A stretch of DNA of 60,345 bases from Patescibacteria group bacterium (GTDB taxonomy: Bacteria > Patescibacteriota > Minisyncoccia > UBA6257 > HR35): assembly GCA_025060575.1 (NCBI GenBank), contig JANXBL010000001.1, positions 1 to 60,345 of the forward strand, written 5' to 3'. Of the stretch, positions 1-12,507 are shown piece by piece. The number at the start of each line of letters is the position of its first letter. Positions within the stretch are counted from its first letter, which is position 1. The notes under the pieces are model-generated. The model did no database searches, was not told where the DNA came from, and worked only from the letters and a program-made list of their open reading frames with translations. The translations under genes were made by a program, and so were the position numbers.

Positions 1-1010
1 ATAAAAGCAACAACTACCCCCATCAACATTAAAATAACTGGTTCGAGGATGCTCAAGAATCTCTTTAAACTGTTATCCAGAGTATCCTCATAATAATCAG
101 CTAAATGAAGCAAAACTTCCTCTAGGTTACCAGATTTTTCTCCAACATTAATAAGATTAACAAAAACAGGATCAAAATATCTAATATTTTGATTAAGAAG
201 ATCTTCTAAACGATGACCATCCTTTAACATATCTTTGATCTCTGTTAAAGTTTTTCGGTAGTAAAGATTATTAATGGTACTCGTACTTATTTCTAAAGAA
301 CTAATAATATCAACTCCACTTGACATCAATAGACCAAGATTACGACAAAAACCAACTAAGGTAGATTGACGAATGATATTTTTAATGATAGGCAAAGATA
401 ATAGTATCTTGTGAAAGTAAAATTTTATTTTCCTAATTGACAATAAAAGATAAAAAATTATTATCGTCATTGCTAGAGCAATTAAAATGAATGGCCATTT
501 ATTCAAAATAAATGTTGAAACAGCAATGAAGATTTTTGTTATTAATGGCAATTTAACATTTAATTCTTTCAAAACAGGCAATAATCTAGGAAAAACAAAA
601 AAAATAAAAAGGATAGATAATAAAATTGTTCCACCGAAAATAAAAGCTGGGTATATTAACATGGAGATGATTTTGTTACGAGCTTCATTTTCCTTTCTCA
701 AAACTAAAGCGATATAATCAAGATTTTGAGCTAAATTACCGCTTGCCTCTCCAATCTGAATAAGATTGATAAAAAAATCACCAAATTGTTTTTGAAATTT
801 CCTTAAACTAGAATTAATGCTCAAACCTCTATTGAGATCTTCTTGAAGAATTTTAATAACATAGGCAAATGACTTTGAAATGTTTTGATTACTAAAAAAA
901 TTTAGGGCATCTAAAAGAGAAATTCCACTTCGCAACATTAATGACAACTGCTGACAAAAAAATATCTTTTCGGAGCGAGATATTTTTAAAAATCTTGGTT
1001 TATTAGTCAT
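1..1010 (-). CDS. pilC: type IV pilus / T2SS platform protein PilC (GspF family); 3' end cut by window edge
   Basis: Not in the ORF track because it runs off the window. My translation from ATG 1010-1008 reads MTNKPRFLKISRSEKIFFCQQLSLMLRSGISLLDALNFF... It has two GspF-type repeats, containing GEASGNL and GEKSGNLEE. The start overlaps the pilB stop (ATGACTAA). Confidence 0.8.
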   Translation of the reverse strand, partial: MTNKPRFLKISRSEKIFFCQQLSLMLRSGISLLDALNFFSNQNISKSFAYVIKILQEDLNRGLSINSSLRKFQKQFGDFFINLIQIGEASGNLAQNLDYIALVLRKENEARNKIISMLIYPAFIFGGTILLSILFIFFVFPRLLPVLKELNVKLPLITKIFIAVSTFILNKWPFILIALAMTIIIFYLLLSIRKIKFYFHKILLSLPIIKNIIRQSTLVGFCRNLGLLMSSGVDIISSLEISTSTINNLYYRKTLTEIKDMLKDGHRLEDLLNQNIRYFDPVFVNLINVGEKSGNLEEVLLHLADYYEDTLDNSLKRFLSILEPVILMLMGVVVAF

Positions 1011-2253
1011 GAATTACCCTTAACACTTCTTCAATAGTAGTAAGACCAGCTAAAACTTTTTGAAAACCATCTTCAATCATTGTCGCCATACCCTCTTCTT
1101 GAGCTGTTCTTTTTATTTCATCACTTGATCTTTGAAGCATAATCAATTTTTTAACATTGGGGCTAACGAGCAAAACCTCAAAAATGCCGATTCTTCCCCA
1201 ATAACCACTATTATTGCAAGTTGGGCAACCTTTACCGATGTAGACTGTTCTCTTTTCTCTAAGTTCATTAATAATTTTTTCTGGTACTAAACCAACCAAA
1301 GCATTAATTTCAACATCAGATAGTTCTTTTTCCTTTTTACAATTTTGGCAAATAGTTCTAACTAACCTCTGAGCAATAACGACATTAACGGTCGAAGCAA
1401 TTAAAAAAGGCTCAATTTCCATTTCCAACAACCGAGGAAAAACTGTTGCCGAATCATTGGTATGTAAAGTCGATAGAAGCAAATGCCCGGTCAAGGCAGC
1501 GTTAACGCTAATTTTAGCTGTCTCCCTATCTCTAATTTCTCCTACCATAATGATATCTGGATCTTGTCTTAAAATAGTTCTCAAACCACTATCAAAAGTC
1601 AAACCAGCTTGAATATTGACTTGAATTTGTGTGACTCCTTCAATTGAATATTCAATCGGATCTTCCAAAGTAATAATGGTAATACTTTCGTTGTTGAGAA
1701 TTTTTAAGATAGTATAGAGAGTGGTTGTTTTACCTGAACCAGTTGGACCAGTGACCAAAATCATACCGTAAGGTTTCCTAATAGCTTTAGTGATGACATA
1801 AAGATCTCGTCGAGAAAATCCTAAATTTTCTAGACTAAATACTTGTTGACTCTCTACCAATAATCTCATCACGGCATTTTCACCATAGTAGGTGGGCATA
1901 ATTGAAACCCTAACATCAAATTCTTTTTCCCCTTCCTCTACCACATACTTAAAACGACCATCCTGAGGAATAAGATGTTCATCAATCCTTAAATTTGAAA
2001 GAATTTTTATCCTTGTCAGAATTTCATCTTGAATATCCTTAGGAAATTCAAACATAGTATGCATAACACCATCAATTCGAAATCTGATTTTGAGTTTATC
2101 TTGAAATGGTTCAAGATGAATATCTGAAGCTCTCATCTCGTAAGCGTATCTTATCAAACCATTAAGAATAAAAACAATTGATATCTGATCAGGCGACTTT
2201 TTTATTTCATTTTCAATTTCCCTTTTTATTTTTATTTTTATATCTTCCATCAC
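1003..2253 (-). CDS. pilB: type IV pilus assembly ATPase PilB/GspE family (short form, no long N-terminal domain)
   Basis: Walker A GPTGSGKTT, Asp box and Walker B (IIMVGEIRD), His box (TGHLLLSTLHTN), and a C-terminal CxxC...CxxC cluster typical of GspE/PilB. Confidence 0.85.
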   Translation of the reverse strand: MMEDIKIKIKREIENEIKKSPDQISIVFILNGLIRYAYEMRASDIHLEPFQDKLKIRFRIDGVMHTMFEFPKDIQDEILTRIKILSNLRIDEHLIPQDGRFKYVVEEGEKEFDVRVSIMPTYYGENAVMRLLVESQQVFSLENLGFSRRDLYVITKAIRKPYGMILVTGPTGSGKTTTLYTILKILNNESITIITLEDPIEYSIEGVTQIQVNIQAGLTFDSGLRTILRQDPDIIMVGEIRDRETAKISVNAALTGHLLLSTLHTNDSATVFPRLLEMEIEPFLIASTVNVVIAQRLVRTICQNCKKEKELSDVEINALVGLVPEKIINELREKRTVYIGKGCPTCNNSGYWGRIGIFEVLLVSPNVKKLIMLQRSSDEIKRTAQEEGMATMIEDGFQKVLAGLTTIEEVLRVIHD

Positions 2254-2263
2254 TAAATCATCG

Positions 2264-2896
2264 TTACTTTAAATTATTTTCCATTTCTATTATTTTTTCT
2301 GTAACTACATCAACTATTTCGTCTATTTCCTTTTCAGGACAATAGATTGGTTCTCCAAAAAAAACTTTAACAATAAAGTTTCTGTCACACAATTTTAAAA
2401 AACTAAATTTTCCACTTATGGCAATTGGTACTATTTTGCCTTTTGTTTGCTGATGAAGATAACCAATCCCTCTATATTTTTTCTCAAAATTATCAGAAAT
2501 TTTTCCTCCTGGGAAAATTCCCAATGAATAACCATTTTTAAAAAGTTCAATGGCTTTTTTGAGAGAATTTTCTAAGCCAATTTTTCTTCTGACCGCTACC
2601 GCACCAAAAATCCATTTTAATAAATAGCCAAACCATAAAAATTTGTAAGTGAAGAAAGAGTGCTTGGCTAAAAATCTGATAGGGAAAAATTTAGAATTAA
2701 ATGGTAGGGCGGAGCCTATTACCCAAGGATCATAAATAGAAAAGTGATTACTCGCAAAGATAACAGGCCTATCTATTTTTTCCAGTATATCAGCATTTAC
2801 TGCTTGAATTTTCTTGCTTACTAAAGGTCTTAATATTAACCAAGTTAAATTCCAGGTCAATTTAAACCAATATCTCATTTCTTCATTATAAATCAT
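2264..2896 (-). CDS. lysophospholipid (1-acyl-sn-glycerol-3-phosphate) acyltransferase family protein
   Basis: HX4D motif NHFSIYD and an FPGGK (FPEG-like) motif; size is typical of the PlsC family. Confidence 0.65.
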   Translation of the reverse strand: MIYNEEMRYWFKLTWNLTWLILRPLVSKKIQAVNADILEKIDRPVIFASNHFSIYDPWVIGSALPFNSKFFPIRFLAKHSFFTYKFLWFGYLLKWIFGAVAVRRKIGLENSLKKAIELFKNGYSLGIFPGGKISDNFEKKYRGIGYLHQQTKGKIVPIAISGKFSFLKLCDRNFIVKVFFGEPIYCPEKEIDEIVDVVTEKIIEMENNLK

Positions 2897-2927
2897 ATCT
2901 CGAAAAATTTTACAAACCTTAATTTTC

Positions 2928-2954
2928 TTGACATTACTTAAATTCTGTTATAAT
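2928..2954 (+). promoter_or_regulatory. candidate sigma70-type promoter of the response-regulator gene, possibly giving a leaderless mRNA
   Basis: TTGACA (2928-2933), 15-nt spacer, extended -10 TGtTATAAT (2946-2954). Only 7 nt with no SD lie before ATG 2962. Confidence 0.45.
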
Positions 2955-2961
2955 AGAATTA

Positions 2962-3372
2962 ATGACAAAAAGCCCTCAAGAGGCAAGTATTCTTTTAGTA
3001 GACGACGATCCTGATTACTTGGAAATTGTTTCAACTAAGTTGAAGCAAAAAAATTTTAATAACATTACCAAAGCTAAAAACGGCAAGGAAGCATTAGAAT
3101 TAATAAAAAATAATATTTATGATTTAGTTATTTTGGATGTGATGATGCCAGAGAAAGACGGCATAGATGTTGCTTTGGAAATTATGAGTAATGAAAAGTT
3201 TAAGAATACCCGATTTCTTTTCCTCACTGCTTTTGGAGAAGACATGTATGCAGCGGGCAAATATATTGATCAGGGTATCGCAAAACAACTAGGAGCTTTA
3301 GATTTTTTCCGCAAACAAGAACCACTAGACAATTTTATTCATAAAGTTGAAGACATTTTGGGGCAGAATTAA
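2962..3372 (+). CDS. stand-alone response regulator receiver (CheY-like) protein
   Basis: ILLVDDDPD acidic pocket and DLVILDVMMPEKDG phospho-acceptor region; no output domain. Confidence 0.8.
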   Translation: MTKSPQEASILLVDDDPDYLEIVSTKLKQKNFNNITKAKNGKEALELIKNNIYDLVILDVMMPEKDGIDVALEIMSNEKFKNTRFLFLTAFGEDMYAAGKYIDQGIAKQLGALDFFRKQEPLDNFIHKVEDILGQN

Positions 3373-3449
3373 ATATAGCAAGTGGTTTATACTCGAACTC
3401 AAAATTTGAAATAAAGTAAATAAGATAAAAAATACAACATTCTTTTTTA

Positions 3450-4730
3450 ATGGATAAACTGTTATGGCAATTAATTCAACAGGAAATAGAAAGACAAGAA
3501 GAAACTATCGAGCTTATACCATCGGAAAATTTTGTTGATCTTCAAACTCTATTTATAGTAGGCTCACCTTTGATGAATAAATACGCGGAAGGATATCCAG
3601 GCAAAAGATACTATCCTGGCAATTACATTATTGATAAAATTGAAAATTTGGCCAAAGATAGAGCTTTAAAAGCATTCGGCCTCAATGACACCGAGTGGAC
3701 GGTTAATGTGCAACCTTATTCTGGCTCACCAGCTAATCTAGCCACTTATTTAGGTTTGATCGAACCTGATGAGAAAATAATGGGGTTAAATCTTTTTTCC
3801 GGTGGTCACCTTACTCATGGACACTCGGCAAGTTACAGTGGTAAATTATTCCATTCTATCCAATATTCTATTAACTATAAAAGTGAAAGAATAGACTATG
3901 AAGAATTGGAACGATTAGCATTGAAATATAAACCCAAAATAATTATTTCTGGAACAACTGCCTATCCACGAAAGATAGACTTTCAAAAAATAGGTAAAAT
4001 TGCTAAAAGAGTTAATGCTCACCACATCGCTGATATTGCTCATATTGCTGGATTAGTTATAGCTAAATTACACCCTAGCCCCTTTCCTTATGCTGATGTA
4101 GTCACTATGACTACTCATAAGACTCTCAGAGGACCAAGAGGAGCAGTAATTTTTATGAGGAAAAAAAGTCTAGTTAATGGACAAAATATTGAGGAAAGGA
4201 TAAATCGTTCCGTTTTCCCTGGTCTACAAGGTGGTCCTCACATTCACACTATTGCAGGAATTGCTTATGCTTTTGGTCAAGCTAAAAAGAATGCCTTTCT
4301 ATCTTACCAAAGGAATATAATTAAGAATTGTCAGGTACTGGCGAATGAACTTAAAAAATTAGGGTTTAAATTGTATACCAACGGGAGCGATAATCATTTG
4401 CTCATCATAGATCTAAAACCATTGGGATTGTCAGGGCGAGAGGCAGAAAAAATATTAGAAGAATCAAATATCATAGCTAATCGAAATTCACTCCCTCATG
4501 ACACATCCCCCTTTAACCCTTCCGGCTTAAGATTGGGTACACCTGCAGTTACTTCTCGCGGAATGAGAAAAAATGAAATTAAAATAATAGCTCGCTTTAT
4601 CTATGAAGTTTTGCACGACAAAAGAAACGTAAGAAAAAAAGTTATCGCTCTCAGTAAAAAATTTCCTCTTCCCTATAAAAAATGGCTAAAACTTATTTAT
4701 TCAACATTAACCACCTTAACCCACCGATAG
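3450..4730 (+). CDS. glyA: serine hydroxymethyltransferase
   Basis: [19 protein letters not shown], and [11 protein letters not shown] (PLP-lysine motif). Confidence 0.95.
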   Translation: MDKLLWQLIQQEIERQEETIELIPSENFVDLQTLFIVGSPLMNKYAEGYPGKRYYPGNYIIDKIENLAKDRALKAFGLNDTEWTVNVQPYSGSPANLATYLGLIEPDEKIMGLNLFSGGHLTHGHSASYSGKLFHSIQYSINYKSERIDYEELERLALKYKPKIIISGTTAYPRKIDFQKIGKIAKRVNAHHIADIAHIAGLVIAKLHPSPFPYADVVTMTTHKTLRGPRGAVIFMRKKSLVNGQNIEERINRSVFPGLQGGPHIHTIAGIAYAFGQAKKNAFLSYQRNIIKNCQVLANELKKLGFKLYTNGSDNHLLIIDLKPLGLSGREAEKILEESNIIANRNSLPHDTSPFNPSGLRLGTPAVTSRGMRKNEIKIIARFIYEVLHDKRNVRKKVIALSKKFPLPYKKWLKLIYSTLTTLTHR

Positions 4731-4969
4731 CTACCACTAAAAGTCTTTTTTCTTCTAGTCTTAAATTTTATCTTACCCTCGGTTAAAGCGTAGAGGGTAT
4801 CATCACTACCTCTTTTCACATTCTTGCCTGGCACTATTTTTGTACCTCTCTGTCTGACAATTATACAACCAGCTCTTACTTTCTGGCCGTCAAATAGTTT
4901 TACTCCGAGATACTTTGGATTGGAATCTCTTCCTGATTTGGTTGAGCCTCCTGCTTTCTTATGAGCCAT
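4697..4969 (-). CDS. rpmA: 50S ribosomal protein L27
   Basis: Canonical N-terminus [24 protein letters not shown]. Confidence 0.95.
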   Translation of the reverse strand: MAHKKAGGSTKSGRDSNPKYLGVKLFDGQKVRAGCIIVRQRGTKIVPGKNVKRGSDDTLYALTEGKIKFKTRRKKTFSGSYRWVKVVNVE

Positions 4970-7900
4970 GATCTAAATTCTTCTCCAATTGGTGGTTTTC
5001 GACCAATAATTACATTTTCCTTAATTCCCCTTAGCGGATCATCACGACATTCAAGAGCAGCCTTAACAAGTGCCCTTGACGTTTCCTGGAATGAAGCAGC
5101 TGATAAGAAACTATAGGCAGTAAGAGCAACATTCTTAATGCCTAATAAAAGCAAAACTCCCTTAGCTGGTTTTTTACCTTCCATTTTTAATCTTCTATTT
5201 TCACTAAGAAAAATATCTTTTTCTACGATATCACCAATAACAAAATCCGAATCACCAGACTCAATGATTCTTACCCTGGAAAACATTTTCCTAATAATAA
5301 GTTCAATATACTTGTTATGGGCACCAGCTCCTTGAGGATTATAAATTTTCTTAACCTCTTTTAGAATATACTTAAAAGCACTTTCCTTACCTTGAGTAGC
5401 ATATATTCTTTTCGGATCAGCCAATCCCTCATTTAGCGCCTCTCCTTTTACTACCTTGTCGCCCTTCTTAATCAAGAGTTTAAATTTCTTGGGAATTTTC
5501 AAACTTACTGATACATTTTTCTTTGTCTTATGGCTTCTGCCTACAATTTTAACTAAGTAGTATTTAACCATATCATCAACCTTAACAACTTTTCCACTTA
5601 AAGGAGATAGAACGCTTTCCACCTTTGGTTTTCTTGCTTCTAAAACCTCCTCTACTCTTGGCAAACCTTGAGTAATATCAGCAACAGTCACTACTCCACC
5701 ATAGTGAAAAGTTCTCATAGTCAACTGAGTTCCTGGTTCACCAATTGATTGAGCGGCAATTATTCCTACTGCTTCCCCGAGCTTGATCAATTTATCATTG
5801 GATAGATCTAAACCAAAGCACTTTTGGCAAACACCAAAAAGTGTACGACAAGTAAACGGAGAACGCACTCTAATTTGAGTAATACCAGCCATATCAATTT
5901 TATTAGCAATCTCCTTAGAAATTATCTCTCCCTTGTTGACTAAAATATTTCCTTCCTTATCTTTGACTGTTTCTAAACTAACTCTAGAATATATCTGCTC
6001 AGCAAAGCGATCATCATACTCTCGTAATTCATCCTTGTTAATCACTATTCCCTTCTCATCGCCACAATCTAACTCTTTAATGATAATGTCGTGCAGAGCA
6101 TCAACTAATCTTCTTGTTAGATAACCAGATCGAGGAGTTTTTAAGGCTTTATCAGCAGCACCTTTTCTTGCTCCATGAGTACTTATGAAATATTCTAGCG
6201 GAGAAAATCCTTTGCGATAAGATGAAGTTATCGGTAATTCAATAACCTCTCCCTTAGGAGTATAAACTAATCCTTTGATAGCTATCATCTGTAACAACTG
6301 AGAATAATCACCACGACCACCTGACTCAATAAGCAAACGAGTGCTGGCTAAAGGACTAATCTCGTTTTTTATGCTTTCTATAATTTTCTTTGTTACTAAG
6401 CTCCAAGTTTCAACGAGTTGATCTTTTTTTTCCAAGTCGCTAATCCAACCTGCCCGAAAAGAATTTTCAATCTCTTCATGTCTTGCTAGGGCTTCATCCA
6501 CTATTTTTCTTGTAGTTGATGGTTCCACAAGATCATCAATACCAATGCTTATTCCTACTTCAGTAGCGCATTTAAATCCTAATTCCTTTAAATTATCTAA
6601 AACGATAGCTGTTCTATCAACATCATAATTAGCTAAAATTTCCGAAATTAATTTAGAAATCATTTTCTTGTCAACAACTTCATTGACAAATCTAAAATCA
6701 TCAGGCAGGGCTTGGTTAAAAATTATCCTTCCTACTGAGGTTTCTAAGTTTTCTTTGTCCTTAATTTTTTTCACTAAAATCTTCTCCTGAAGATCAATCA
6801 CTTTCTGGTGATAGAGATAAATTGCTTCTTTCTGATCGCTCAATTTCTTAATGTTTTCCTGATCAGTTGGTTTTAAGTAAGTCAAATAAAATAAACCTGT
6901 TAGCATTTCATGCCTGGTTTTGACAATCGGATCACCAGTTGAGGGTTTTAATAAAATTTTAGAGGCATCCATAATTTCCTTTGCTTCTCTTTGAGCTTTT
7001 GTCGACAACGGGAGAAAAACTCCCATTTGATCACCATCAAAATCAGCATTATAACCCTCGCAGACCAATGGTGGAATACGAATAGCCAAACCTTCAATCA
7101 ATATTGGGCGAAAAGCAAGAATACCAAGTTTATGAAGAGTTGGCGCTCTGTTTAACAGAACATATTTATTTTGAGCAACTTTTTCCAAGGCTGCTAAAGC
7201 ATCAGGATCTTGACTTTCAATTAGAAAATTAGCTTGGCGGGTAGTCTGAGCTTTTTCTTCTTTCAAAAGTTCGTAAACAATAAATGGCTTAAAAAGCTCG
7301 AAAGCAATTTTCTTTGGTAGACCACATTCATTAATCCTTAGCTCAGGGCCACCTACAATTACTGATCTTCCCGAATAGTCAACCCTCTTCCCTAACAGAT
7401 TCTGTCTAAATCTTCCCTCTTTTCCCTTTAAGCTATCAGCCAATGACTTAATTATCTTCCTCTGGCCGATAACTGTCTTTTCTTTTTTGATGCTAAGATC
7501 AATTAGAGCATCAACTGCTTCTTGCAACATTCTCTTTTCATTGCGCAAAATAATTTCCGGGGTCTTCAGTTCTAACAACTTTTTCAGACGGTTATTACGG
7601 TTGATAATCCTTCGATAGAGGTCGTTTAAATCAGAAGAGGTGTATTTACCACCAGCTAACTGAACAATTGGTCTTAAATCAGGAGGAATAACAGGCAAGA
7701 TAGTCAATACCATCCATTCTGGTCGACGATTATGTTTAATAAATGAATTGATAAATTTTAGTTTTAATGAAAGAGTTTTCTTTTCAGCTAAATTTTTCGT
7801 CTTATTGAGACTTTTTAGAGTTTCTTTCTGTAACTCTTGAAGATCGATTTCTTCTAAAAATCTTCTAATTGGCTCAGCGCCAATACCTACCTCAAAGGTA

Positions 7901-8523
7901 TTAGGATATTTTCGAGAAAGATAGAAGTATTCAGCATCCGAAAGAACTTTTTTAATCTTTATCGAATTTAGTTCTTCCTTGATCTGATTGAATATAAGTG
8001 TTTTTTGTCTTTTTTCATCTCGTGATTCTGCTTTGGAAACAATCTCCTTATATTCCTTCTCTATCTCCTTAAAAATCTTTTCTTTTTCCACTTCATTAAC
8101 TCTGGTAATTACATAGGCTGAATAATAAATAACCTTTTCTAATTGATTAAGTGGAATATCTAAAAAAAGTTTAAGAGGATAAGGATAAACTTTTAAAAAC
8201 CAAATATGGACTACAGGAGAAATAAGAGTGATATGACCCATCCTTTCTCTTCTTACTGAAGAATGGGTTATTTCAACGCCACATCTTTCACAAACAATTC
8301 CTCTAACTTGTGGTTTTTTATATTTTCCACAAGCACATTCATAGTCCTTAGTTGGACCAAAGATTACTTCGGAAAACAATCCTGATCTTTCTGGTTTGCC
8401 AGTACGATAATTTATCGTTTCTGGCCTTAATACTTCTCCTCGACTCCAAGTCAAAATTTCCTCAGGAGAAGCTATTTTTAAGACTATTTTTTCTATTTCT
8501 TCAGCTGGAAGTTTTTTGTTCAT
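4900..8523 (-). CDS. rpoC: DNA-directed RNA polymerase subunit beta'
   Basis: Zn motif CACGKYK...CERCGVE, catalytic NADFDGDQM, bridge and trigger regions; 1207 aa. Confidence 0.97.
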   Translation of the reverse strand: MNKKLPAEEIEKIVLKIASPEEILTWSRGEVLRPETINYRTGKPERSGLFSEVIFGPTKDYECACGKYKKPQVRGIVCERCGVEITHSSVRRERMGHITLISPVVHIWFLKVYPYPLKLFLDIPLNQLEKVIYYSAYVITRVNEVEKEKIFKEIEKEYKEIVSKAESRDEKRQKTLIFNQIKEELNSIKIKKVLSDAEYFYLSRKYPNTFEVGIGAEPIRRFLEEIDLQELQKETLKSLNKTKNLAEKKTLSLKLKFINSFIKHNRRPEWMVLTILPVIPPDLRPIVQLAGGKYTSSDLNDLYRRIINRNNRLKKLLELKTPEIILRNEKRMLQEAVDALIDLSIKKEKTVIGQRKIIKSLADSLKGKEGRFRQNLLGKRVDYSGRSVIVGGPELRINECGLPKKIAFELFKPFIVYELLKEEKAQTTRQANFLIESQDPDALAALEKVAQNKYVLLNRAPTLHKLGILAFRPILIEGLAIRIPPLVCEGYNADFDGDQMGVFLPLSTKAQREAKEIMDASKILLKPSTGDPIVKTRHEMLTGLFYLTYLKPTDQENIKKLSDQKEAIYLYHQKVIDLQEKILVKKIKDKENLETSVGRIIFNQALPDDFRFVNEVVDKKMISKLISEILANYDVDRTAIVLDNLKELGFKCATEVGISIGIDDLVEPSTTRKIVDEALARHEEIENSFRAGWISDLEKKDQLVETWSLVTKKIIESIKNEISPLASTRLLIESGGRGDYSQLLQMIAIKGLVYTPKGEVIELPITSSYRKGFSPLEYFISTHGARKGAADKALKTPRSGYLTRRLVDALHDIIIKELDCGDEKGIVINKDELREYDDRFAEQIYSRVSLETVKDKEGNILVNKGEIISKEIANKIDMAGITQIRVRSPFTCRTLFGVCQKCFGLDLSNDKLIKLGEAVGIIAAQSIGEPGTQLTMRTFHYGGVVTVADITQGLPRVEEVLEARKPKVESVLSPLSGKVVKVDDMVKYYLVKIVGRSHKTKKNVSVSLKIPKKFKLLIKKGDKVVKGEALNEGLADPKRIYATQGKESAFKYILKEVKKIYNPQGAGAHNKYIELIIRKMFSRVRIIESGDSDFVIGDIVEKDIFLSENRRLKMEGKKPAKGVLLLLGIKNVALTAYSFLSAASFQETSRALVKAALECRDDPLRGIKENVIIGRKPPIGEEFRSWLIRKQEAQPNQEEIPIQSISE

Positions 8524-11500
8524 CTTTCTCTATGCTTTCTACTTTGACCGAATTATTTTCATTTTCGCTATACTCTTTTTCGCGGTAAATAATTTCCGGG
8601 TGAAAACCTAAACCACGAAGCTCACTTAACAAAACATCAAAAATGGTTGATGATGACATAATATTAACATCCTCACCTCTAGTTATTCTTTCATAAGTTA
8701 AATTTCTGCCGCGCACATCATCTGACTTTATGGTTAACATTTCATGCAAAATCTCGGTTGCTCCATGAGCTTCTAACGCCCACATTTCCATTTCCCCCAA
8801 TCTTTGCCCACCAAATTGAGCTCGACCACCTAACGGTTGCTGAGTAATTAAAGAATAGGGGCCAATCGATCTAGCATGAATTTTGTCTTCAACCATATGG
8901 TTTAATTTCATAACGGTCATATAACCAACAACAATTTTTTCTCTAAATGGTTCACCTGTCAAACCATCATAGAGAACTGCCTTACCATCCTCTGGTAGAT
9001 TTGCTTTTTTTAGCTCTGCCTTAACCTCTTCTGGTACCACTCCACAAAATGGGGGTACAACAGCACGATAACCTAAAGTATGCGCCGCCCAACCTAAATG
9101 AGTTTCAAGAATCTGACCAACATTCATACGAGAAATAACGCCAAGAGTATTGAAAATAATATCTAATCGCCTGCCATCAGGCAAGAAAGGCATATCTTCT
9201 TCTTTAGCAATAAGAGCAATGACACCTTTGTTACCATGACGATTTGCCAATTTATCACCAACTTGAATTTTTCTAATTTTAGCTATCTCAACAAAGATTC
9301 TCTTTAAAACTCCCGCTTCAACAATTTCACCTTTCTCTCTTTCCAAAATTCTTATTCTTACCACCCTTCCTTCCTTTCCTGGCTCTAAATATAAGGAAGA
9401 ATCTTTTTTCTCTTCAGCCTTTTCACCAAAGATTGCTTTTAATAATTTCTCTTCCGGAGTCAATTCCACTTCTCTCTTGGGTGTTATTTTGCCAACCAAA
9501 ATGTCCATCGGCTTGACATGGGTGCCTATCATCACCAAACCATCGATATCCAAATTTCTTAATCTTGCCTCAGGTACTCCTGGAATATCATTAGTGATAA
9601 TTTCCGGACCAAGACGAGTATCCAAAACATCAACAGAAAATTCTTCTAAGTAAATAGAAGAAAATTTATCTTCTTTTAATAACTTTTCAGAAATAACAAT
9701 AGCATCTTCATAGTTATAGCCATACCACGGCAAAAAACCGACTAAAACAGTTTGACCAAGGGAAAGACAACCTTCCCTAATGGCAGGACCGTCAGTTAAA
9801 ACATCACCCTTTTTGACTTTTTGACCAACTTTGACAATTGGTTTCTGGTTATAACACGTAAATTCTGAAGTTCTCTGAAATTTTTTCAATTGATAAACTA
9901 TTTTCTTAGACTTACCGCCAACTCTTAAAACAATATGGTCAGCATCCACTTCCTCAATTACACCATCTTCATCAGCACAAATTATCAATCCTGATTCTCT
10001 TGCCACTTTTTCTTCTAAGCCAGTGGAGACTAAAGGAACATCTGGTTTGATTAACGGCAATGCTTGTTTCTGCATATTGGTTCCCATTTGCGCTCGATTA
10101 GCATCATTATGATTAACAAATGGAATTAAGCTTGTAGAAACAGAAAGAATCTGAAATGGAGAGACTTCTATCAGCGTAACTTCCTCCCTATTAACTAGCA
10201 ATGGTTCTCCACCCACTCTGGCTTCAACTTTTTCATCGACAATGTTTCCTTTGCTATCTAGATTGACAAATTTAGTAGCAATAACCTCATTTTTTTCCTG
10301 GTCAGCAGTTAACCAAACTAGTTCATCAAGTACCTTTCCGTTTTTCACTCGATAATAAGGAGTCTCTAAAAAACCTAAAGAATTTCTTCGAGAATATATG
10401 GCCTTGCTAAGATTAATACCTACATTCTGTCCTTCAACAGGAGTATGTACAGGGCAAATTCTACCATAGTGAGTTTGATGAACGTCCCTTGCTTCGAGAG
10501 TGGCTCTTTCTTTTGTTAAACCTCCAGGACCGCCAGCGGTTAACTTTCTTTTATGTTCAATCTCTGAAAGAGGATTAGTTTGATCCAAAATCTGAGACAA
10601 CTGAGAAACATTAAAAAATTCATGAAGAGTATTGGTAAACTTGCGAGGATAAACTACTTGAGAAGGCATAAGAACCTGCGTCTTATCAACAGCACTCATT
10701 CTATCCTGAACATCTTTTTTGAGTCTAATTAAACCAATTCTTGCTTGGTTCTCCAACAACTCCCCCAAGTCTTTAACTCTTCGATTATAGAGGGCATCAA
10801 CTTCATCAGCAGTCGCTTGAGGATCATTATTTAGTCGAATGATTTCTAGCACTATTTGTTTCAAATCTTCCTTCTCTAATATCAGAGAATCAGAATTTCT
10901 CTTCAAACGACGATTAAGGTGATAACGACCAATGGGGAAAAGATTATAGCGAGATTTATTTAAAAATGTATTTTCAAAATAAAAAACAGCATTGTCATAA
11001 GTATTAGGTTCAAAAGATTTAAGACGATGATGAATTTCAAGTAAAGCTTCTTCTTGTGTTTCAAATCTATCTTTTTTAAGAGTATTTTCTATAATATTAA
11101 ATTCATCCTCCTTATTCTTAAAGTCATCAAGTATCTCATCGTTATTTTTATAACCAAAAGCCTTTAAGAGAACAGTTACCAAAACTTTTTTCTTTCTATC
11201 AATCCTTACCGATAGAACATCACTTGCTTCTGTTTGAAACTCTAACCAAGCCCCTTGTTGAGGAATAATCTTGGCGCCAAACTTTTTCCTTCCCCCGTAA
11301 ACAAGATAAGTAAAGTAGATACCAGGAGAACGCATTAATTGACTAATGATTGATCTCTCGATACCATTAATAATAAAAGAACCCTTGGGAGTCATAATGG
11401 GTAAATTGCCAAAAAATATTTTTTGTGCTTTCTCATCTTTAGTAACCAAATTTTCTAACTTTAAAGTAACTCTTAATGGCGCAGAATAATTAGTGCCGTA

Positions 11501-11719
11501 ATATTTAGCTTCATCCTCGGTGGTTAAGGGCTGGCCAATTTCATAATCTACAAAATCTAATTTCAATTCTTTCTCTGAATAATCATAGATGGGAAAATAT
11601 TCTTTAAAAACTTTTCTTAAACTATCTTCCAGAAAATAATCAAAAGACTTTTTTAAATCCTCCAAAAGATAAGGCGGTTCTAAGTAAGAAAATTTTGAAA
11701 AATTTTTTATTGCAAACAT
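8501..11719 (-). CDS. rpoB: DNA-directed RNA polymerase subunit beta
   Basis: Conserved blocks [52 protein letters not shown]. Confidence 0.97.
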   Translation of the reverse strand: MFAIKNFSKFSYLEPPYLLEDLKKSFDYFLEDSLRKVFKEYFPIYDYSEKELKLDFVDYEIGQPLTTEDEAKYYGTNYSAPLRVTLKLENLVTKDEKAQKIFFGNLPIMTPKGSFIINGIERSIISQLMRSPGIYFTYLVYGGRKKFGAKIIPQQGAWLEFQTEASDVLSVRIDRKKKVLVTVLLKAFGYKNNDEILDDFKNKEDEFNIIENTLKKDRFETQEEALLEIHHRLKSFEPNTYDNAVFYFENTFLNKSRYNLFPIGRYHLNRRLKRNSDSLILEKEDLKQIVLEIIRLNNDPQATADEVDALYNRRVKDLGELLENQARIGLIRLKKDVQDRMSAVDKTQVLMPSQVVYPRKFTNTLHEFFNVSQLSQILDQTNPLSEIEHKRKLTAGGPGGLTKERATLEARDVHQTHYGRICPVHTPVEGQNVGINLSKAIYSRRNSLGFLETPYYRVKNGKVLDELVWLTADQEKNEVIATKFVNLDSKGNIVDEKVEARVGGEPLLVNREEVTLIEVSPFQILSVSTSLIPFVNHNDANRAQMGTNMQKQALPLIKPDVPLVSTGLEEKVARESGLIICADEDGVIEEVDADHIVLRVGGKSKKIVYQLKKFQRTSEFTCYNQKPIVKVGQKVKKGDVLTDGPAIREGCLSLGQTVLVGFLPWYGYNYEDAIVISEKLLKEDKFSSIYLEEFSVDVLDTRLGPEIITNDIPGVPEARLRNLDIDGLVMIGTHVKPMDILVGKITPKREVELTPEEKLLKAIFGEKAEEKKDSSLYLEPGKEGRVVRIRILEREKGEIVEAGVLKRIFVEIAKIRKIQVGDKLANRHGNKGVIALIAKEEDMPFLPDGRRLDIIFNTLGVISRMNVGQILETHLGWAAHTLGYRAVVPPFCGVVPEEVKAELKKANLPEDGKAVLYDGLTGEPFREKIVVGYMTVMKLNHMVEDKIHARSIGPYSLITQQPLGGRAQFGGQRLGEMEMWALEAHGATEILHEMLTIKSDDVRGRNLTYERITRGEDVNIMSSSTIFDVLLSELRGLGFHPEIIYREKEYSENENNSVKVESIEKDEQKTSS

Positions 11720-11796
11720 TAAATAGAAGTCTTGAAAAAGACTTTTTAGTGATAAAAATAATTTCTTACTTTAACATTAAATCTTAGTTAAATATG

Positions 11797-11826
11797 ATTA
11801 TACCAAATAAATATTAACTCTGTCAA
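11797..11826 (-). promoter_or_regulatory. near-consensus sigma70 promoter for rpoBC
   Basis: Minus strand: TTGACA (11826-11821), 18-nt spacer, TGgTATAAT (-10 at 11802-11797). It lies just downstream of the sodA stop. A 7-bp hairpin AAGTCTT-TTTC-AAGACTT sits in the leader. Confidence 0.6.
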
Positions 11827-11847
11827 GTTCAATAGAATGCTAAGGTA

Positions 11848-12462
11848 TTATAAATATTTTTGATATCTGTCTGATATCTCTTTCCAGTTTACTATGTTCC
11901 ACCAAGCCTGAATATAATCGGCACGACGATTTTGATATTTTAAATAGTAGGCGTGTTCCCAAACGTCTAGTCCCATTATTGGAAAATCACCTCTCATTAG
12001 GGGACTATCCTGATTGGGCAATGAATATACCTCTAATTTTTTTTCTGGTGTTAGAATTAACCACGCCCATCCTGAACCAAAATGTTTAAGAGCGGTCTCA
12101 GAAAATAGATGTTTAAAGTTTTCGAAGGAACCAAAATTCTCCTCAAGGGCTAAAATCAATTTATCATCTGGTGATGTTGATTGAGGGCTCATTATTTGCC
12201 AAAATAGTTGATGATTGAAATGACCACCTCCATTATTTCTAATCGTTGTCTTTATATCATCTGGAAGCTGATCCAGATTAGATAGCAATTCTTCGATCGT
12301 CATATTTTGAAATCGTGGGTATTTTTCTAAAGCAAGATTAAGATTATTGATGTACGTCTGGTGATGTTTAGTATGATGAATCTCCATTGTCATTGAATCA
12401 ATATAAGGCTCGAGAGCATCATAAGAATAGTTGAGAGATGGTAAAGTGTAAGGATATTTCAT
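11848..12462 (-). CDS. sodA: superoxide dismutase, Fe/Mn family (Mn-type signature)
   Basis: HHTKHHQTY, NNGGGHFNHQLFW, NQDSPLM and DVWEHAYYL. The GGH and NQD residues favour the Mn type. Confidence 0.9.
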   Translation of the reverse strand: MKYPYTLPSLNYSYDALEPYIDSMTMEIHHTKHHQTYINNLNLALEKYPRFQNMTIEELLSNLDQLPDDIKTTIRNNGGGHFNHQLFWQIMSPQSTSPDDKLILALEENFGSFENFKHLFSETALKHFGSGWAWLILTPEKKLEVYSLPNQDSPLMRGDFPIMGLDVWEHAYYLKYQNRRADYIQAWWNIVNWKEISDRYQKYL

Positions 12463-12507
12463 TTTGAATTAAAAATATCTATGTTTAATGTCGACTTTAT
12501 TTTAACT

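Noticed and set aside
487-717. Plus-strand 76-aa ORF. Similar short ORFs lie antisense to long genes: 5138-5335, 5933-6124, 8352-8588, 14102-14308, 19043-19240, 22533-22833, 26668-27078, 29887-30108, 36573-36785, 39047-39650, 42694-42879, 45650-45910, 46439-46750, 46999-47298, 50165-50637, 51023-51289, 54802-54987, 56578-56883, 58123-58311.
   Set aside because: Each lies entirely opposite a well-supported conserved gene. They have low-complexity, hydrophobic or Ser/Leu/Phe-rich translations typical of shadow ORFs in AT-rich DNA, and no SD or promoter.
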